A stretch of DNA of 20,000 nt. Origin: an uncultured virus (IMG/VR IMGVR_UViG_3300003962_000117) (taxonomy: Duplodnaviria; Heunggongvirae; Uroviricota; Caudoviricetes). A program made the translations under genes and the position numbers. The notes under the pieces were generated by a model that was given only the letters and a program-made list of their open reading frames with translations, had not been told where the DNA came from and ran no database searches. The stretch is taken from the IMG/VR virus record IMGVR_UViG_3300003962_000117; one strand, 5' to 3'. Positions 16,484-20,000 of the stretch are shown piece after piece; positions within the stretch are counted from its first letter, which is position 1, and every line of letters begins with the position of its first letter.

Positions 16484-17263
16484 TTATTCGTAAATCCCCT
16501 CTCGCAAACAAAGCATAATACTATTCACCAACTGCTCTTTATTGGTTATTGTGGCTTCTGGAAGAAATTCGAGCGGCATTGCAGATACACCTTCTGATTC
16601 GTATTTCCCTAATGGATTTTCCAGAATATCCTTCAACACGCCATTATCGTCATGAACTCCGATAGGCGATAATGATGCTAAATTATTTTGATAATACGAA
16701 ACTGGAGTAGCCTCGATAAAATTAAATAAGCATTCTACTAAGTCCGTGTTGCCAGACTCCAGCCCTTCGATTCCCTTTACCTCGTACTGATAGTCGAGCC
16801 TATCTCTTTCAAGAATAGCATTGATTCTAAAAACCCAAAGAGGCTGTACGTTCTTAAAGAAGATGCTCTTAGCATACTGAAATCTTTTCTTCCTACACTC
16901 TCTCGAATTATCGTCAAATAATGCCATCCAGTAATTATAACTATCTCCAAGAACGTCTAATCTTCTTTGTAAGTTATTCGTTGCTTTACGAATACATATC
17001 TCCCATTTTTCTTTACTATCATAACTATTCCATGTGGCATCATCCACCTCTCCGTAGCTCTGGAGCCTCGCTCTAATAAATTTATAATCATATCCAAGAA
17101 AATCTGCAATCTTAATCCAATTTCCGATAGTCGTTATGTCGTTATACCCATTTGGCAAATCCCCATCCACAACCACATATCTCTCCCCAAGAGCATCAAT
17201 TTCCGATTGCTCATATCTCCGTTCTGGGTCAAATGCAGTAAGCTCTCCTATTTTATATGCCAT
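16484..17263 (-). CDS. Hypothetical protein, possibly fibre-associated
   Basis: Long ORF packed in the operon; N-terminal part resembles that of 17530..18351. Confidence 0.55.
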   Translation of the reverse strand: MAYKIGELTAFDPERRYEQSEIDALGERYVVVDGDLPNGYNDITTIGNWIKIADFLGYDYKFIRARLQSYGEVDDATWNSYDSKEKWEICIRKATNNLQRRLDVLGDSYNYWMALFDDNSRECRKKRFQYAKSIFFKNVQPLWVFRINAILERDRLDYQYEVKGIEGLESGNTDLVECLFNFIEATPVSYYQNNLASLSPIGVHDDNGVLKDILENPLGKYESEGVSAMPLEFLPEATITNKEQLVNSIMLCLREGIYE

Positions 17264-17265
17264 AC

Positions 17266-17520
17266 TTATGTCATATTACGCGGGTCTGTCGCTTTCCATT
17301 CGACATCTCCGGTATAATTTGTTTTGAACTTTATCGTAAATCCGTTTTTAGTCACGCTTATTTTATATGGAGGAGCGGTTGTATCATCCCCAAGAGTAAG
17401 GTCAACAGCAGGGACAATGTTGAATGATTTCGGGAAAATAACATTCTTTGTTTTCTCCGCACTAAAATTAGCTATGCCTTGCTGAATAAATGGAGCTGTT
17501 TTATTTTCAGTTATTGACAT
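17266..17520 (-). CDS. Small beta-sandwich protein (H-type lectin / phage fibre C-terminal-like)
   Basis: VIFPKSFNIVPAV...VTKNGFTI...VEWKA matches the F-P-x-x-F...P-x-V...T-x-x-G-F...W-x-A pattern of these domains. Confidence 0.6.
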   Translation of the reverse strand: MSITENKTAPFIQQGIANFSAEKTKNVIFPKSFNIVPAVDLTLGDDTTAPPYKISVTKNGFTIKFKTNYTGDVEWKATDPRNMT

Positions 17521-17529
17521 ACGGTCGCT

Positions 17530-18351
17530 TTATTGTTTCACTTTTGTTAATAAAATATAAAATTCTACACTACCTGCGGTAGCCTGATTCAAATTAGCGC
17601 CTGCACTTACAGCCTCCGCCCTAACACTTGTTACATTGCCCCAATCCTCCATGAAAAAATCCTGACTGGTTTGAAAATTAGTGTCTCCGACATTAGTGGA
17701 TACAAGGAATGGGCTGGCATATTTAATTAGATTTCCTGCTATTCCAACCGAAATAGTGTATGTAGAAATGCCTGTCCCTTGAAACTTAACATCGTGTTTT
17801 ATTACAACCCCACGAACCATATATCCTTCCGGCAATAAGAATATTTCAATATCCTTACTCAATGACGCAACACTAAAATCGGAATATATCTTTATCACTT
17901 TTATAGCTATCTCTGTCGGCTCATTGAATTTAGAAATTTTAGATACAAGCCTCTTAGTATAGTAGTCAGCTATCTCTTGACTTCCGCATTTAGAAATATA
18001 GAATGCGTTTCCTTGAGCAGATATTATTCTAAGACCGCACCACCTAACAGCAACATCTTGCTGCGCTGCACTTAAACTATTCCAACTACTATAATCTACT
18101 CCGGCAATGGCTTCAATTCGAGTGCATATCTGAATCTGCAACGAAGCAAAATCCGGAAGGTCATCAGTCGAACCAACAAGAGTTATTGCATATTTATCCC
18201 AATTTTCTGGGGCATCAAAAGCCTCATAGTTTGCGGGTAGAGAATTAGCTATAACAAAAGCGGGATATGGCAGATTTTCTACCTGAGAAGTATTTGGATT
18301 TACATAAATATGTGTTACTGGGTCGTATCCAGTAAGTATGTATAGAGTCAT
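17530..18351 (-). CDS. Hypothetical two-domain protein with beta-rich C-terminal domain, likely virion/fibre associated
   Basis: Directly follows the collagen-like gene; C-terminal LPEG...ISVGI...TAGSVEFYI is beta-sandwich-like. Confidence 0.55.
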   Translation of the reverse strand: MTLYILTGYDPVTHIYVNPNTSQVENLPYPAFVIANSLPANYEAFDAPENWDKYAITLVGSTDDLPDFASLQIQICTRIEAIAGVDYSSWNSLSAAQQDVAVRWCGLRIISAQGNAFYISKCGSQEIADYYTKRLVSKISKFNEPTEIAIKVIKIYSDFSVASLSKDIEIFLLPEGYMVRGVVIKHDVKFQGTGISTYTISVGIAGNLIKYASPFLVSTNVGDTNFQTSQDFFMEDWGNVTSVRAEAVSAGANLNQATAGSVEFYILLTKVKQ

Positions 18352-18353
18352 TA

Positions 18354-20000
<1,647 letters not shown>

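Noticed and set aside
474..17327. Short + strand ORFs and nested - strand ORFs in the track
   Set aside because: All overlap longer motif-bearing - strand genes and show no recognisable features.

Overview
Gene-dense window in which every credible gene lies on the minus strand, often with overlapping or abutting stop/start codons. The content is best explained as part of a large tailed-phage genome, probably with a Bacteroidota host (inference from the A-rich, SD-less leaders and the C-terminal motif of the last ORF). In transcription order (right to left) there are five blocks. (1) A putative lysis/outer-membrane protein, a collagen-like fibre with 47 Gly-X-Thr triplets, fibre-associated proteins and a permuted papain-like (YiiX-type) enzyme. 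(2) A GT2+TPR glycosyltransferase and an LpxA-like hexapeptide acyltransferase broken by an NN assembly gap. (3) Three modular 'polyvalent' proteins whose unrelated domains (ParB/Srx, HExxH zincin, DUF5661-like, SH3-like, topoisomerase IB core, R-S-E ADP-ribosyltransferase) are separated by recurring hydrophobic-x-x-Gly-Gly linkers; all three also carry a shared ~14-aa terminal motif. (4) A structured intergenic region (two CGACA-N8-TGTCG palindromes, back-to-back IHF-consensus matches, a terminator) followed by two paralogous small structural-type proteins. (5) A glycan-modification operon of glycosyltransferases, three SAM methyltransferases, two sulfotransferase-like proteins and a DUF2061-like/APS kinase (CysC) fusion missing from the ORF track. 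The most novel-looking items are the GG-linked, motif-tagged protein set and an apparent phage-encoded pathway for a sulfated, methylated glycan. All family assignments come from motif recognition by eye; no searches were run.
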